From assembly GCF_006345805.1 (NCBI RefSeq), contig NC_043005.1, positions 39,680,001-39,744,000 on the forward strand: a stretch of 64,000 nucleotides of DNA, given 5' to 3'. Every line of letters starts with the position of its first letter. The first letter of the stretch is position 1. The stretch is from Octopus sinensis. Lineage: Eukaryota. A model generated the notes under the pieces. That model was given only the letters and a program-made list of their open reading frames with translations, had not been told where the DNA came from and searched no databases. The translations under genes and the position numbers were made by a program. Shown in pieces: positions 1 through 13,540 of this stretch.

Positions 1-574
1 TCTAAGCACACTACTCACACATACGCACACATGCATACAGATGCACACACGCGCGCATACATACACGAATATATATATATATATATACATATAAATATAT
101 ATACACACTGACATGTATATACGTATAATGTATATATATACATACATATATATATATACTTACATGTGTATATGTGTGTAGATATATATATATATATATT
201 ATATATATATATATATAATATATATATTATATATATATATATATATGTATGACAGAACTTACACGTACGTAGACGTACACAGTATACATTTTGATAATCG
301 TCTACAGGCAAATAGATGTGTACATGTATAATACCATGAGGAGAATGATTTTTGTATAGAAATACATCTCTAAGCACACTACTCACACATACGCACACAT
401 GCATACAGATGCACACACGCGCGCATACATACACGAATATATATATATATACATATAAATATATATACACACTGACATGTATATACGTATAATGTATATA
501 TATACATACATATATATATATATACATATAAATATATATACACACTGACATGTATATACGTATAATGTATATAT

Positions 575-590
<16 letters not shown>
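1..590. repeat. Local tandem duplication (period about 368 bp) of a TA/CA-rich segment
   Basis: TCTAAGCACACTACTCACACATACGCACAC... starts at 1 and again at 369; the ACACTGACATGTATATACGTATAATG sub-block recurs a third time near 540. Confidence 0.8.
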
Positions 591-661
<71 letters not shown>

Positions 662-982
662 ATGTATACATATGCATATATATGTGAGTGTGTGTGAGTC
701 CATAATATCTTACATATTTGTGTGTCTGTGCACCCACATAAGGTTGTGCTAACGTATGTATGTGGGTGAAATGAAAAGCGATCTGGAGAGAAAAAGCGAT
801 ATTTTATATGACTTTATACAGCTTCCGTCTTAAGTTCTTTATCATAAAGTTCCACCAAGATAAATATTTATTAAATTTCAAAAAAAAAGTTAAATTTTAA
901 TTAATTTTAAAAGTTTAGAAATGATTTCTTATTTTCGCAATTATTCTTTCCTGTTGCATAATGTGTGTGTGTGTGTGTGTGT

Positions 983-1017
<35 letters not shown>

Positions 1018-1333
1018 CTGCGTGTGTGCATAGTTACTCATTGTAAGTTTGTGATGTGTTACAAAAACATAAAGTTATTTTATGTAACGAAGTAGTGGAA
1101 GTGTGTAAATATCTTGTATATTATATGTTAATATTTACGAGAAAAAGAGAATACATAGATGAACCATGGTTTCGTTCGGTTGCCAGTCGGTACTAATCAT
1201 TAGATTCTAAGCGGTGCGAACGATGTAGATCGTCAGTTGTCGCCAGTCAAGCATCAGCAGGAGGATCTTCTTAAAAACACTGCGAAGATGAATTTACGCA
1301 TGTGTTGGCAACTCAAAATTTTATATATTTTCA

Positions 1334-1558
1334 AAGGCATTGAGCTGGCAGAATTGTTACAGCTCTGGAGAAAATGTTTAGCAGCTTCCCTTTCGGTTCT
1401 TTACATTTTGTATTCAAATACCACCGATGTAGAATTTGCCTTTCATCTTTACCGGGTTCATAAAATAAATTACCAATCAATTACTTGAGTCGACGTAATC
1501 TACTTCCATCTCCCCCAAAATTACAGACCTTGTGCCAAAATTAGAAAGACTAATATTC
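1334..1558 (+). mobile_element. Degenerate tRNA-derived SINE (main family in this window)
   Basis: GAGCTGGCAGAATTGTTA head, TTCAAATACC B-box-like segment, TTTGCCTTTCATCTTT core and GACCTTGTGCCAAAATTAGAAAG tail, all matching better-preserved copies such as 23005-23520. Confidence 0.75.
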
Positions 1559-1603
1559 ATTTTTTTTTTTTTTATTAAAATTGGAATATGATGAAAAGCT
1601 TCC

Positions 1604-1822
1604 CTAAGAGATACAAGAATCTCCTGGCTTTAAGGTTGCGCGAAAAGCTTTGTTGGAGGCACAACCATCTGAGTTCTTTTATGGGGTTTAGAAAAGCTGA
1701 AGAGCCTCTGCAGTTAATGTGTGAATCTGAGAGGAGATTATGTTGAATAAAAACATAATTAATTGATTCTACTGCATTCTCTTTTACCGAAAGCCAGGAA
1801 CTTTTCAGCATCCCATCGCATG
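1604..1822 (+). mobile_element. Mariner-derived MITE/deletion derivative with transposase C-terminus
   Basis: 1653-1750 translates, with one frameshift and one in-frame stop, as LEAQPSEFFYG/LEKLKSLCS*CVNLRGDYVE*, the typical mariner transposase C-terminus. Ends carry degenerate inverted repeats sharing TCCTGGCTTT / AAAGCCAGGA. Confidence 0.7.
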
Positions 1823-2904
1823 TCATGTGACTTTCGTCTATTTTCAGAAATTAGATCTTATTCAACTCTGACCATGAGTGGTCCCTCTCTCTATCTGGCT
1901 CTCGCTCTCTCTCAGTCTCTCTCTCTCTCACCTCTCGATTTTCCAATGTCCTTGGAAGGTGCTGCTGTGTAGGTAGGTGGGTAGGTAGGTAGGCAGGCAG
2001 ACAGGCAGGCAAGCATGCATGCAGGTAGCTAGGTAAATATTCAGACACTCTTTTTGGACCTAAAAAAACGTGTATAAATTGATTTGTCACGCGTTGACGT
2101 AATGGCGTTAGACATTTTTGTTGTATTCCAGAATGTATATAGGCTCTAATACGATTCTGTTTGCCACCCAGATATTCATTAAAATATGACAGACCTTGAA
2201 GATAAGCAACATAACGAAGGTGAATCATTTTACCTTTATTTTCATGATGGTTATGCAGTTTATGAAGGTGGTGCAAGAAAATAATTTGAAACAAGAAAAA
2301 TCAGAACACTTAACATTGACAGCACTTCAAATTGTGTAATCTTAGAGGAAGAAAGCACAATCATAGTATAAAGAAAGACAGAAATAAAAACTCTTTGGCA
2401 TTATCATTTTGCGCAACTAAGGACGGAGTTATTAGGGTTTAGTACAATATTTTCTTGCAGTCTCTTGTTCCAAGTCTTTACATTCTAAGATCAAATCCTG
2501 CCAAAGTCCTCTTTATCTTTCATCCCTCCAAAAGTGATAAAATAAAGTACAACTTAAGTAATGATAGCAATTTAATCGACTAACACTACACACACATGCG
2601 CCTCTACCAAATATTTGTCCTTGTTCCTATATGAGAATCAAATATTTTGTTTTACTATTTACTGACTATTCACTTTTCACTTCGTGTGCCTCGTTTCCTT
2701 GATGATGTGTCTTCAGTTACCTTACACTTTTCGACGATTTGATGTTTCAGGCCTTGTACCAAAGGTAGAAAGAGTTATTATGTTTCATTGCCTCCAGAGG
2801 GATCGAAAAACTAAGTTGCCTGGACGGGATTTGATCTCGGAACCGGAAGGAATACTGCAATGCTGTAACAAATCTGCCAGCGGACTGCTTTTAAGCAGTT
2901 ATAA

Positions 2905-3325
2905 TTAATACTAGGCAGAAAACCAACAATTTCGAAGCGAAAGATGTTAGTGAACCGTATCAATTGCTATACTTGACTAGTACTTCATTATATTGACTGC
3001 TGAGAGTCGAAAAACAAATGAACTTTAGCAGAATTTCACATCAGGATGTAAAGAGTCAGAACAAATACCACAGAGCATGTTTATGACATTCTAACGATTC
3101 TGCCAATTTATCATTCTATGCAATAATAATAATCCTTTCTACTATAGGTAAAAGGCCTGAAATGATTACATTGACCCCATTGCGTAACTGGTACTTAATT
3201 TATCGAATCCGAAAGGATGAAAGGCAAAGTTGACTCCGGCGGTATGTGAACTCTGAACATGAAGATAGACGAAATAACACTAAGCATTTCGCCCGGCGTG
3301 CTAACGTTTCTGCCAGTTCGCCGCC

Positions 3326-3327
<2 letters not shown>
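2905..3327 (-). mobile_element. Two head-to-tail SINE monomers (2905-3115 degenerate; 3135-3327 better preserved)
   Basis: The 3135-3327 copy has minus-strand head AAGGCGGCGAACTGGCAGAAACGTTAGCACGCCGGGCGAAATGCTTAG, B-box-like GAGTTCACATACC and core CTTTGCCTTTCATCCTTTCGG; 2905-3115 is a weaker match. Confidence 0.8.
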
Positions 3328-3380
<53 letters not shown>

Positions 3381-3381
<1 letters not shown>

Positions 3382-3789
3382 GGTTTCAAATTTTTCCACA
3401 ATGGCAGCTATTTGGGGGGAGGGAATAAATCGATTACACCGATTACATCGACCCCCAGTGTTTCACTGGTACATAATTTATCAACCCAGAAAAGATGAAA
3501 GGCAAAGTTGACCACGGCAGAATCTGAAATCAGAACGTAGCGGCAGACGAAATACCTATTTCTTTACTACCCACAAGGAGCTAAACACAGTGGGGACAAA
3601 CAAGAGCAAACAACCGGATCAAGTCGATTATATCGACCCCAGTGCGTAACTAGAACTTAATTTATCGATCCCGAAAGGATGAAAGGCAAAGTCGACCTCG
3701 GCGGAATTTGAACTCAGAACGTAACGGCAGACGAAATACTGCTAAGCATTTCGCCCGGCGTGCTAACGTTTCTGCCAGCTCGCCGCCTT
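3381..3789 (-). mobile_element. Dimeric tRNA-derived SINE
   Basis: One Pol III head, then two B-box+core units joined at GTAGTAAAGAAATAG|GTATTTCGTC (junction 3556/3557), ending in GAAACC(G)(TTA)n. Confidence 0.85.
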
Positions 3790-3813
3790 AATAATAGTAA
3801 TAATAATAATAAT

Positions 3814-4212
3814 GGTTTCAAATTTTGCCACAAGGGCAGCCATTTTGTGAGAGGGGATAAGTCGATGACAGCGACCCCCAGTGTTACACTGTTACTTAAT
3901 TTAGTGACACTGAAAAGATAAAAGGCAAAGTCAACTTCGGCGGAATTTCAACTAAGTACTTAGCGACGGGTTAAATACCTATTTCTTTACTACCCACAAA
4001 GGGCTAAACACAGAGAGGACAAACAAGGACAGACAAACGGATTAAGTCGATTATATCGACCCCAGTGCGTAACTGGTACTTATTTAATCGACCCCGAAAG
4101 GATGTAAGGCAAAGTTGACCTGGGCGGAATTTGAACTCAGAACGTAACGGCAGACGAAATACCGCAAAGCATTTCGCCCAGTGTGCTAACGTTTCTGCCA
4201 GCTCGCCGCCTT
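3814..4212 (-). mobile_element. Dimeric tRNA-derived SINE (second copy)
   Basis: Same architecture and same internal junction (3979/3980) as 3381-3789. Confidence 0.85.
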
Positions 4213-4222
4213 AATAATAATG

Positions 4223-4295
<73 letters not shown>

Positions 4296-4296
<1 letters not shown>

Positions 4297-4790
4297 GCGA
4301 TTTGAGTACTAGAAAGTAAGAAATATAAAAAATATAAAGTACTAGAAAGTGAGAAATACATGATGTGGGACTGCAACATTCAGACTGACAGAGTAATAGA
4401 CGCTAGAAGGCCTGATTTGGTAGTGGTAGGTAAACAGAATAGAAAGTACTAGATAATTGATTTTACAGTCCTAATTGATGACAACATTAATATGAGAAGT
4501 ATAGAAAAAATAGCAAAGTACCAGGACCTAGTTATTGAATAACAGAGACTATGGAATGTGCGGGTAAAATGTATCCCAGTATTTATGGGCGCATTGGGAA
4601 CTATCCCTAAAAATCTGAACAAGTGGATAGAGGAAATAGGCATAAAAACCAATTTAGTACAGCTCCAGAAAACGGTGTTATTAGGGACAGCTAGGATACT
4701 TTGGAGGGTTCTTGACATCTATGATTACTTGTTGAAGCCCGATGTTAAGACATTTTCTTTTCCAACAATCCAATCTGTTGTATGTATATG
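4296..4790 (+). mobile_element. 5'-truncated R4/Dong-clade non-LTR retrotransposon: RLE domain and 3' UTR, inserted in (AAT)n
   Basis: Frame from 4336 reads KVLESEKYMMWDCNIQTDRVIDARRPDLVVVGKQNRKY*IIDFTVLIDDNINMRSIEKIAKYQDLVIE*QRLWNVRVKCIPVFMGALGTIPK...LQKTVLLGTARILWRVL (PD-(D/E)xK-type RLE, two stops). Flanked by (AAT)n on both sides. Confidence 0.9.
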
Positions 4791-4807
4791 AAAATAATAA
4801 TAATAAT

Positions 4808-5020
4808 GGTTTCAAAATTTCGCACAAGGTTAGCAATTTCTGGGGAAAGGGTAAGTCGATTACATCGACCCCAGTACTCAACTAGTATTTATTTTTTCGG
4901 CCTCGAGAGAATGAGAGGCAAAGTCGACCTCGGTGGAACTTGAACTCAGAATGCAAAGACGTACGAAATGACGCTAAGTTTTTTGTCCGTCTTGCTAACG
5001 ATTCAGCCAGCTTATCGCTT
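4808..5020 (-). mobile_element. tRNA-derived SINE monomer
   Basis: GGCAAAGTCGACCTCGGTGGAACTTGAACTCAGAA core/B-box on the plus strand; bounded by (AAT)n. Confidence 0.85.
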
Positions 5021-5392
<372 letters not shown>

Positions 5393-5571
5393 TTAGTAAT
5401 ACTGAACAAATACCTGAAGGGTATTGTAGTTGCAGCTGCTCCTGGATTTGATTAAACGATGGCTACAGATAAGGTGAACGCCTTGCCGTTCAAGCTGTAC
5501 GTAATTAAATAATACACACATATGTGAGTGTATAGGTATGTACATATGCATGTATGTGTGTGTATGCGTAC

Positions 5572-5649
<78 letters not shown>

Positions 5650-6062
5650 ACATATATATCTTAATGTATGCGTATATGTATATATGTATATACATGTATA
5701 CATATATCTTGTTTACTTACAATTATGTAAGTACAAACATTTAGATATGAAGATATAGATAAAAAGAATTACATAAACAGAAATAAAAGAGATGGCAAAG
5801 ATGTACGTTTGTTTATTATATACGGGTTGATAATATTTATAATAGAATATATATATATTTATGCTTACAAACATACACACACGTACATACACAAACACAT
5901 ACATACATATGTGTGTGTGTGTGTATGTGTGTGTGTATGTGTGTATGTGTGTGTATAATATATAAACATATATACCTATGAAAGTATATTTGTGTTTATA
6001 TATGTGTATGATTTAAAACATCAGACAGCATCAGTAAATTTGTAACTTTCTAAAATGAAGAA

Positions 6063-6152
<90 letters not shown>

Positions 6153-7064
6153 GAAAAAAAAAAGAAAAAAAGAAGAGCTACTTTATTTGAATGTGAAACA
6201 TAATTCATTAGTTGAAACCATTTCAACTCACAGAATCAGCGGAAGAAACGAAAAAAATAAAGAAAATCTGAGAGTAATCTACAAAGAAAGAAACGGAGAG
6301 GTTGTCCATTGAGAGGTTTTGGCAATTCCTTTTAAGTAAAATATTTTTATGAAATAAATTACTTTTAGATCTTGATATTTCCCGCCAGGCAAAATATATT
6401 TATTTCAGTTAAAATATTTAGATTTTACAATTAATAATTAACTACTTTTTTTTTTTAAATCGTGTTGAACGTAGATCTATTTATTTATCTATCTATTTAT
6501 CTCCCTATCTATCTACACGCGCGCACACGCACACACCCATACGTACATACACTTTGACACACATACATATGCGCCTATTACGGATATATTCATATAAAAG
6601 AACATTTGTTTGTGTGTATGAATGTGTGTTTGTGTGTATGAATGTGTATGAATGTTTGTGTGTATGAATGTATGAATGTGTGTATGAATGTGTATGAATG
6701 TGTATGTGTGCGTACATGTGTATGTAATATATGTACATTTATACGCATGTACATGTATACGCATACATATGTGTGCTCACATTCACACAGACGTTTGTAC
6801 ATAGTATATACTTCCATTCATAAATACATACATACATATATACGTTTAAATACACAATTATACATATCTAAATACATCGCATGCATGATACAAATACACA
6901 CACACACATATGCGGAGATACACATACCTATGAATAAACATGCCTATATAAAAACATGCAATCATACATACACATGCATATATACACACATACCTACATA
7001 CATACATGCATATATATATTCATATATACATGCATATATACATACGCATACACATATACATACA

Positions 7065-7096
<32 letters not shown>

Positions 7097-7725
7097 CATA
7101 AGTGATCGACATATCGAAATTGAAATTTCAACACTGCTTCCATCACAAAATGATCACACACACTCATACACACACGCGCGCGCGCGCGCGCACGCACACG
7201 CACACACACTTTTTATTCCTTCTCTCTCTTTCTCTCTTTCTCTCACTCTCATACATACTCCCCTCTCTCCCCAATCTTTCTCTCATTCCCTCTGTCGTAA
7301 TTGTGTTTTATTCCAGTTTAAAATAGATGTGTGCTGATATTCAAATTATAGAATTCTAGAAGTACCTTTATTATTTCAGTTATAAATACCAATTCCTGAA
7401 CATTCACAGAATTCCTTTGAAATATTTAGAAGATTTCACCCCAAATCGAAAGGAAACCATACAGCAAAATAAAAGAAAAGTTCCAGCTCAGAAAACAACC
7501 AAACTTTTTTTACCATAAATGTTTGAAATAGGTAACGTAGATAATTTCAGATTATTCCAATGCGAACTAGGCAGTTTAAGTTTCCAGTTTATGTCAAGGT
7601 CATGCCCCAGCATGGCCACAAACTAACGCCTGAAATAAGTAAAAGATAACAGATTAAAAAATTGTCGCCAGCGATGATATTCAGTTATATTTCGTCAAAG
7701 ACATTAGTGTTACAATCTTCAATGC

Positions 7726-8024
7726 AAGGATAAAAGGCAAAGTCGACCTCAGCAGAATTTGAACTCAGAACGTAAAGACGGACGAAATGCTGCTAAGCAT
7801 TTTTCCCGGCGTGCTAACGATTCTGCCAGCCCACTGCCTTTAGAGATAAATAATGATTTCAAATTTCACGGTCAGCAAGTACTTCGATGACATCGACCCT
7901 AGTGTTCAACTGGTATTTATTTCATCGACTCCGAAAGGATGAAAGGCAAAGTCGACCTCAACAGAAATTGAACTCAGAACGTAAAGACGAACGAAATACC
8001 ACTGAGCCATTTTCCTGGCGTGCA
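7726..8024 (-). mobile_element. Two adjacent partial SINE copies (7726-7840, 7855-8024)
   Basis: Each has AAAGGCAAAGTCGACCTC...GAACTCAGAACGTAAAGACG on the plus strand. Confidence 0.85.
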
Positions 8025-8049
8025 TTAAAATAGAAATAATTATGCTGTA

Positions 8050-8250
8050 TTGATACAAGCGACCGAAACGGTGTTCTTGCGAACGATCTTTGGAGTAACC
8101 TTACTCGACAGGGTACGTAACTCGGAGATCACGGAGTCTCTTCAAGTCGAGACGTTACTTCTTTGCATTGAGAGATTTATGCTCCAGTACCATAGACATG
8201 TGGTTAGAATGTCGCGGAAAAGGTTCACAAAACGCATTCTTCAAACCTAA
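8050..8250 (+). mobile_element. RTE-clade LINE relic (region C-terminal to RT)
   Basis: IQATETVFLRTIFGVTLLDRVRNSEITESLQVETLLLCIERFMLQYHRHVVRMSRKRFTKRIL matches the RTE pattern (A/T)E..FLR.I.GVT..DR.RN..I...L.......IE...L.W.GHV.RM...R..K.IL. Confidence 0.75.
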
Positions 8251-9686
8251 TCAACTTCTGGAGAGTTTTACAGATTTTTACATTTCCCGGTGCTGGTTTG
8301 AATCTGTAGTCTTCGAATCACTTTTCTCCATTCTGGATTTGAGTGACCTCATTTCTCAAGATTGGTATGTATGTATGTATGTATGTATGTATGTATGTAT
8401 GTATGTATGTATGTATGTATGTATGTATGTATGCATGTATGCATGCATGTATGTATGTATTATGCATGGTTAGGCTAGTTCAGGTTACGTAGTGGCTTCA
8501 GTAAGCTAGCTACAGAAGAGACGTGGCTGAGCAAACCGGGATGCTAGCATCAGTTAATAGACATTCAGCAAAGTGGCAACAGTTAACACTTGGAGAGATA
8601 ATAGATCTGGTGCTTTCAGGTTACCTATCAATTTGTGTGGCTGCAAAACATAGGTATGACTGGATGATAGTAAGCCTTGGAACTGTAAAAATCTGTAAAA
8701 CTCTCCAGAAGTTTATCATTTAAGTATATATGAGCATGTCTTGACATACAACAATATGAGCTACGATAAATAACTACGACAAAAGAAAAATGAGCTACGA
8801 CCAATTATCAGAGTGGCCAGTGGTATGTATATGAAAAACAAAGGTTACAGTAAGTATCTTATAAAGCAAATTCCTGATTCACTGGAATTATTGATGCTTC
8901 CAGAAAATGTGGGGCAACCGATTTGTAGCAGTAGGGCCTATATCGAAAACAAGAATTTCCAAACATTGATACATCAATAAGGAAAAGACAGTATCATTGT
9001 ATGCAGACAAAGTTGACATGTATTGTTACGTGTTTCTACCCGAATTAGAAGCAGTTGTTACCAGCACAGTTACTCAGACACATACAAGAAAAAGAAAAAA
9101 GCAATCTCACAAGTGCACACGTACGTACGCAGACACACGTACACAAACATATCGTTATCATATCAAAAGGCTACTCTGAGTTTCACCCCAAGTTCACGAC
9201 TATGTCGTCCCTATTCCTTGGTTTTCAAGCTATCCACATACAATCCGAGGCAGCCGATTCATATCTGTCCACCTCATCCAGCATGTTGAGGTTGAGTTAT
9301 ACGTTATTGTTTGCATTATGTAAAATATATATCAAACATATACATATATATACGCGCGCGCGCATATATATAAGTGTGTGTGTATCACTTTCTTTCAGTC
9401 TATACTCCAGTATCTCTCTCTCTCTCTCACTTTTTCTGTCATCAGTTTCTTTCCTATCCTCCTGCCTGTGTTGTGAATATGATTGAGACATTGTTTTATA
9501 TATATACAAACAAACACACACACACACGCACACACACACACACATATATATATATACGTTCTTCTCGCAGTTTGTATTTTTCTACATAAAATTATATATA
9601 TATATATATATATGTACACACATACATACATGCAGGCATGCATACATATATACATACATACATACAGACAGACAGACAGACAGACG

Positions 9687-9751
<65 letters not shown>

Positions 9752-9845
9752 GTACACACACACCACATATATATATATCTATATATATAAATACAAATAT
9801 ATATATATTATATATATTATATATATATATATATACATATAAATG

Positions 9846-9888
<43 letters not shown>

Positions 9889-10207
9889 ATATTTTATTAA
9901 TCAATCAATATAAGGGTAGCAAAAAAAATTCAAGAAAAATTCAAGAAAAATTTTCTGCAACCAGCGGTCAAGTGAGAAAGTAGAAATAGTCACAGACTAT
10001 ATAATATATTCAACAATAGTGTTAAGGAATGACCCTGACAGGCCGTTCAACTCACTTGAAAGAGCAGCTAAACTCAAACCGCAAAATAGTAGTAATTCTG
10101 AAACTAAAGGAGAAATAAAAACATTTATCCCCTTCAACTTTGTACTATGCATAGTTTCGACGTTTTTACGTAATCGAATTAAATTAAATTAAATCCGTTT
10201 ACGATTA

Positions 10208-10284
<77 letters not shown>

Positions 10285-10291
10285 TATATAT

Positions 10292-10483
10292 AAAGTTAAT
10301 CCAAACAAGAAGGCACAGAAAAACACAACAACGCGAGGACGTGGAACAAATATAGTATTATTGGAAGCTCAGGAAAGAACGAAAGAAGGAGGGTTTAACG
10401 CTTCGAGCGGAGCTCTTCGTCGGAAACATAGGAGAAGGGAAGACAGAGGGAAAAAAATCGCCAACGGTACACACGCGGTCACA
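10292..10483 (-). mobile_element. TA-microsatellite-embedded ~190-bp element (subfamily A2) with hammerhead-like motif at 10394-10426
   Basis: Minus strand reads GTTT CCGACGA A GAGC TCC GCTC GAAGC GTT AAAC. Overall layout parallels the copy at 17361-17555. Confidence 0.6.
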
Positions 10484-10595
10484 TTTCATACATATATACA
10501 TACATACATGCATGCATGCATGCATATATACAGACAGACAGACAGACAGAAAGACAGACAGACAAGCAGACAGACAGACAGACAGACAGACATAC

Positions 10596-10630
<35 letters not shown>

Positions 10631-11226
10631 CAGACAGGCAGACAGATAGACAGATCGACAGACAGACAAACCAACACACCGACAGACAGACAGACAGATA
10701 AATAGATAGATACATAGAAATGTGTGTGTGTTCATGTCTATGTCATACCTTCCCACAGTCGTTCGTCTTTCTTTGGTCACCGCCATACTTGACCAACTTG
10801 ATTAGACTCGCTGTAGTTGCTCTGTCAATAATCTTAGTGGAGTCTTGCCAGGTATTCCTGTCTTAATGAGAAATAATTGATTATAGTAGAATGGCTATAG
10901 CTTCCCCGCTTCCCTCTTCCCCTTTCACCACCTGCGCCTCCCGCACTCATCATCATCATAAGAATCATCATCATTTTCATCATCCACTTACTGCTTCACC
11001 TTCCCTCCTTGTCATCATTGTTCATCTCTTCAATTTTTTTTAGCAGTCTAGTGTTAATTTTGCACCTGTTGTATCACGAGACACGACGTCTATACGCAAA
11101 CATACAGACACATACACCATACAGACAGACATATATGCATATATTTGTTCCTATGTGTGTGAGTGTAATGTATGTGTGCATATGCATTTGTTTATTATAT
11201 ATATATATATTATATATATATATATG

Positions 11227-11497
11227 CATATATGTGTAGGTATATATAGTAATATATGTATATATATATATATATATATTTACATATACATATGTGTGTG
11301 TGTGTGTGTGTGTATGTATATAAATAAATATATACATGTGCATAAATATATATGCAATATATGTGTAGGTATATATAGTAATATATGTATATATATATAT
11401 TTACATATACATATGTGTGTGTGTGTGTATGTATATAAATAAATATATACATGTGCATAAATATATATGCAATATATGTGTAGGTATATATAGTATA

Positions 11498-11500
<3 letters not shown>
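11227..11500. repeat. Imperfect tandem repeat of a 115-130 bp TA/GT-rich unit
   Basis: GTGTAGGTATATATAGT recurs at 11234, 11363 and 11478. Confidence 0.75.
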
Positions 11501-11538
<38 letters not shown>

Positions 11539-11608
11539 TATATATATATAGATATATATATATATATATGAATGTTTGTATGTATAATATTTAATATATA
11601 TAATATGT

Positions 11609-11668
<60 letters not shown>

Positions 11669-11974
11669 GTATAAGGAAAATAAGACAAGGTAGAAAATGC
11701 TAAAATTCTTTTTTCATAAAATAAATTTTGTAACTGTTAGTATCGGTTTCAGCCTTTTCCACTTTTTCAGCTAAGAGTAAAATAAAGTTGGATATCAATT
11801 AAGAATCAAAACAATTAAATTGAAGAAAAAATTTATTCAAATGTCTTGTAATTAACACTCTTATCCTTTGTGAAGGCTGGGTAGGTAGAACAAATAGTGT
11901 TTATGGGTGTAAAGAAATATTGGGTTCTGAAGTTTGATGGTTTAAAGCAGCAGCAGCCGAGGAGAGAGGAAGTG

Positions 11975-12238
11975 AAGAAGAAGAAGAAGAAAAGAAGAAG
12001 AAGAAGAAGAAGAAGAAGAAGAGAAGAAGAAGAAGAAGAAGAAGAGAAGAAGAAGAAGAAGAAGAAGAAGAAGAAGAAGAAGAAGAAGAAGAAGAAAAGA
12101 AGACGGGAGTGGTATGACCCAGTAGTAGAGATTGTCCGTGGAATCTACTTTAATGATTAAGTGACGATACTATTGGGTCATACCACTCCCGTCTTCTTCT
12201 TCTTCTTCTTCTTCTTCTTCTTCTTCTTCTTTTTTCTT
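11975..12238. repeat. (GAA)n-unique-(TTC)n foldback inverted repeat
   Basis: GACGGGAGTGGTATGACCCAGTAGTA (12102-12127) versus TACTATTGGGTCATACCACTCCCGTC (12168-12193), one mismatch, extended by (GAA)n and (TTC)n. Confidence 0.9.
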
Positions 12239-12685
12239 CGTACAAAGCGGATTCGCACGTCTACACACAAATACTTGCATGTATAGATAAGTCAGATTTA
12301 TGCATTTTCACGTCAGCCACATGTATATTATCAAAATAACTCTGTAGGAAATGCGATCTTAATCAAGATTTTGTATGTAGATGTGCGAATCTACTTTGAA
12401 CGGGTAAGTATAGTTATTTATATGTAAATTTCCCGTGTATTGCTTTATCCAAAAACTGAACCCAATTTACAATTAATGTGAAGTCTTGTTGAGTATTTTT
12501 TCACTCACCCGACTACAACCTGTGTCTTTTTTGGGAGTTTTTCGGAAGCGTTTTAGTGCCTCGGCATTAATTACATGCATGTTGAAGACAGGCGTTTCGC
12601 CTTGCTCCCTTAATATAATTATATATATAATATAAATAATATATTTATGCATATATATAATATATAATATATATATACATATGCA

Positions 12686-13540
12686 TATATGGGTACAAGA
12701 CGTCAGCAACAGTTGGGAACAAAAACAGGACAATGGAGACACAGAAGGAAACCGAACGAAAATAAACATGGATGGTCGTTAGACCAGAACGAAGGTAAAA
12801 TAGCGAACGCTGGAGAAATATTTTCTTTGACAAGAGAAAAGATAGAAGAGAGAGATATAGGGGACGTGCTGACCTAAGGACAGCACTGAAAGAAAAGAAA
12901 GATGAGCACGTGAGGAAGAGAAAGATGGACGATGGTCATGTGTGAGCAACGAGGAGAAACGGAGGAAGCGGGAGAAACAGATAGAAAACAGTGAAGGGGA
13001 GGAAGAAAGGGACTTAGATAAAGGATGAGAGAGAAAACAGTATAGAGTAGAGTGACATCAAAAGGATAAAGATAAGCTCACTTGGAAATGGATGTGTGGC
13101 GTTCAATCAAATAACAATAATATAAATGATACACACACACACGCACGCACGCACACATACATGTATATATGGGTACAGGACGTCACCAACAGTAAACAAC
13201 ATGAGATACGGAAGCAAATGAGTTCAATACGCAAACAACGTGAGAAACAAATGGAAAACTGGACAAGTAACATAAAGGACGAACTTTCATCAGTTGTCAG
13301 CTGTCTATCTACTCGCCATTTCGAGCATTGAACGACAACAGATGTGAGCAACGAGAAAGAGATACGGAGAAAAAGGGAGAGAGAAAGAAAGAGACAGACA
13401 GACAGATAGAAAACGGTGAAGGGGAGGGAAAAAGGGAATTAGAGAAAGGATGAGAGAGAAAATAGTATGGAGTAGTTGCATCAAAAAGATAATGATAACC
13501 TTACTTGGAAATGGCTGCACGCGTTCAATCAAATAATAAT
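12686..13540. mobile_element. Two copies of an unclassified interspersed repeat (family C) starting ATGGGTACA(A/G)GACGTCA next to TA/CA tracts
   Basis: Same start motif near 12686 and 13170; related copies near 30175 and 34196; shared purine-rich downstream blocks. Confidence 0.6.

Noticed and set aside
3135-4212. CRISPR-like or tRNA-gene interpretation of the regularly repeated units
   Set aside because: Units are 180-400 bp SINEs with no unique spacers, and their heads do not fold into complete cloverleaves.
13270-13330. Permuted (type II) hammerhead in family C: minus strand CGAAA...GTA...GACAACTGATGA, also near 30300-30345
   Set aside because: No stem I can form between the cleavage triplet and CUGAUGA, and GAAA/stem III is inconsistent among copies.
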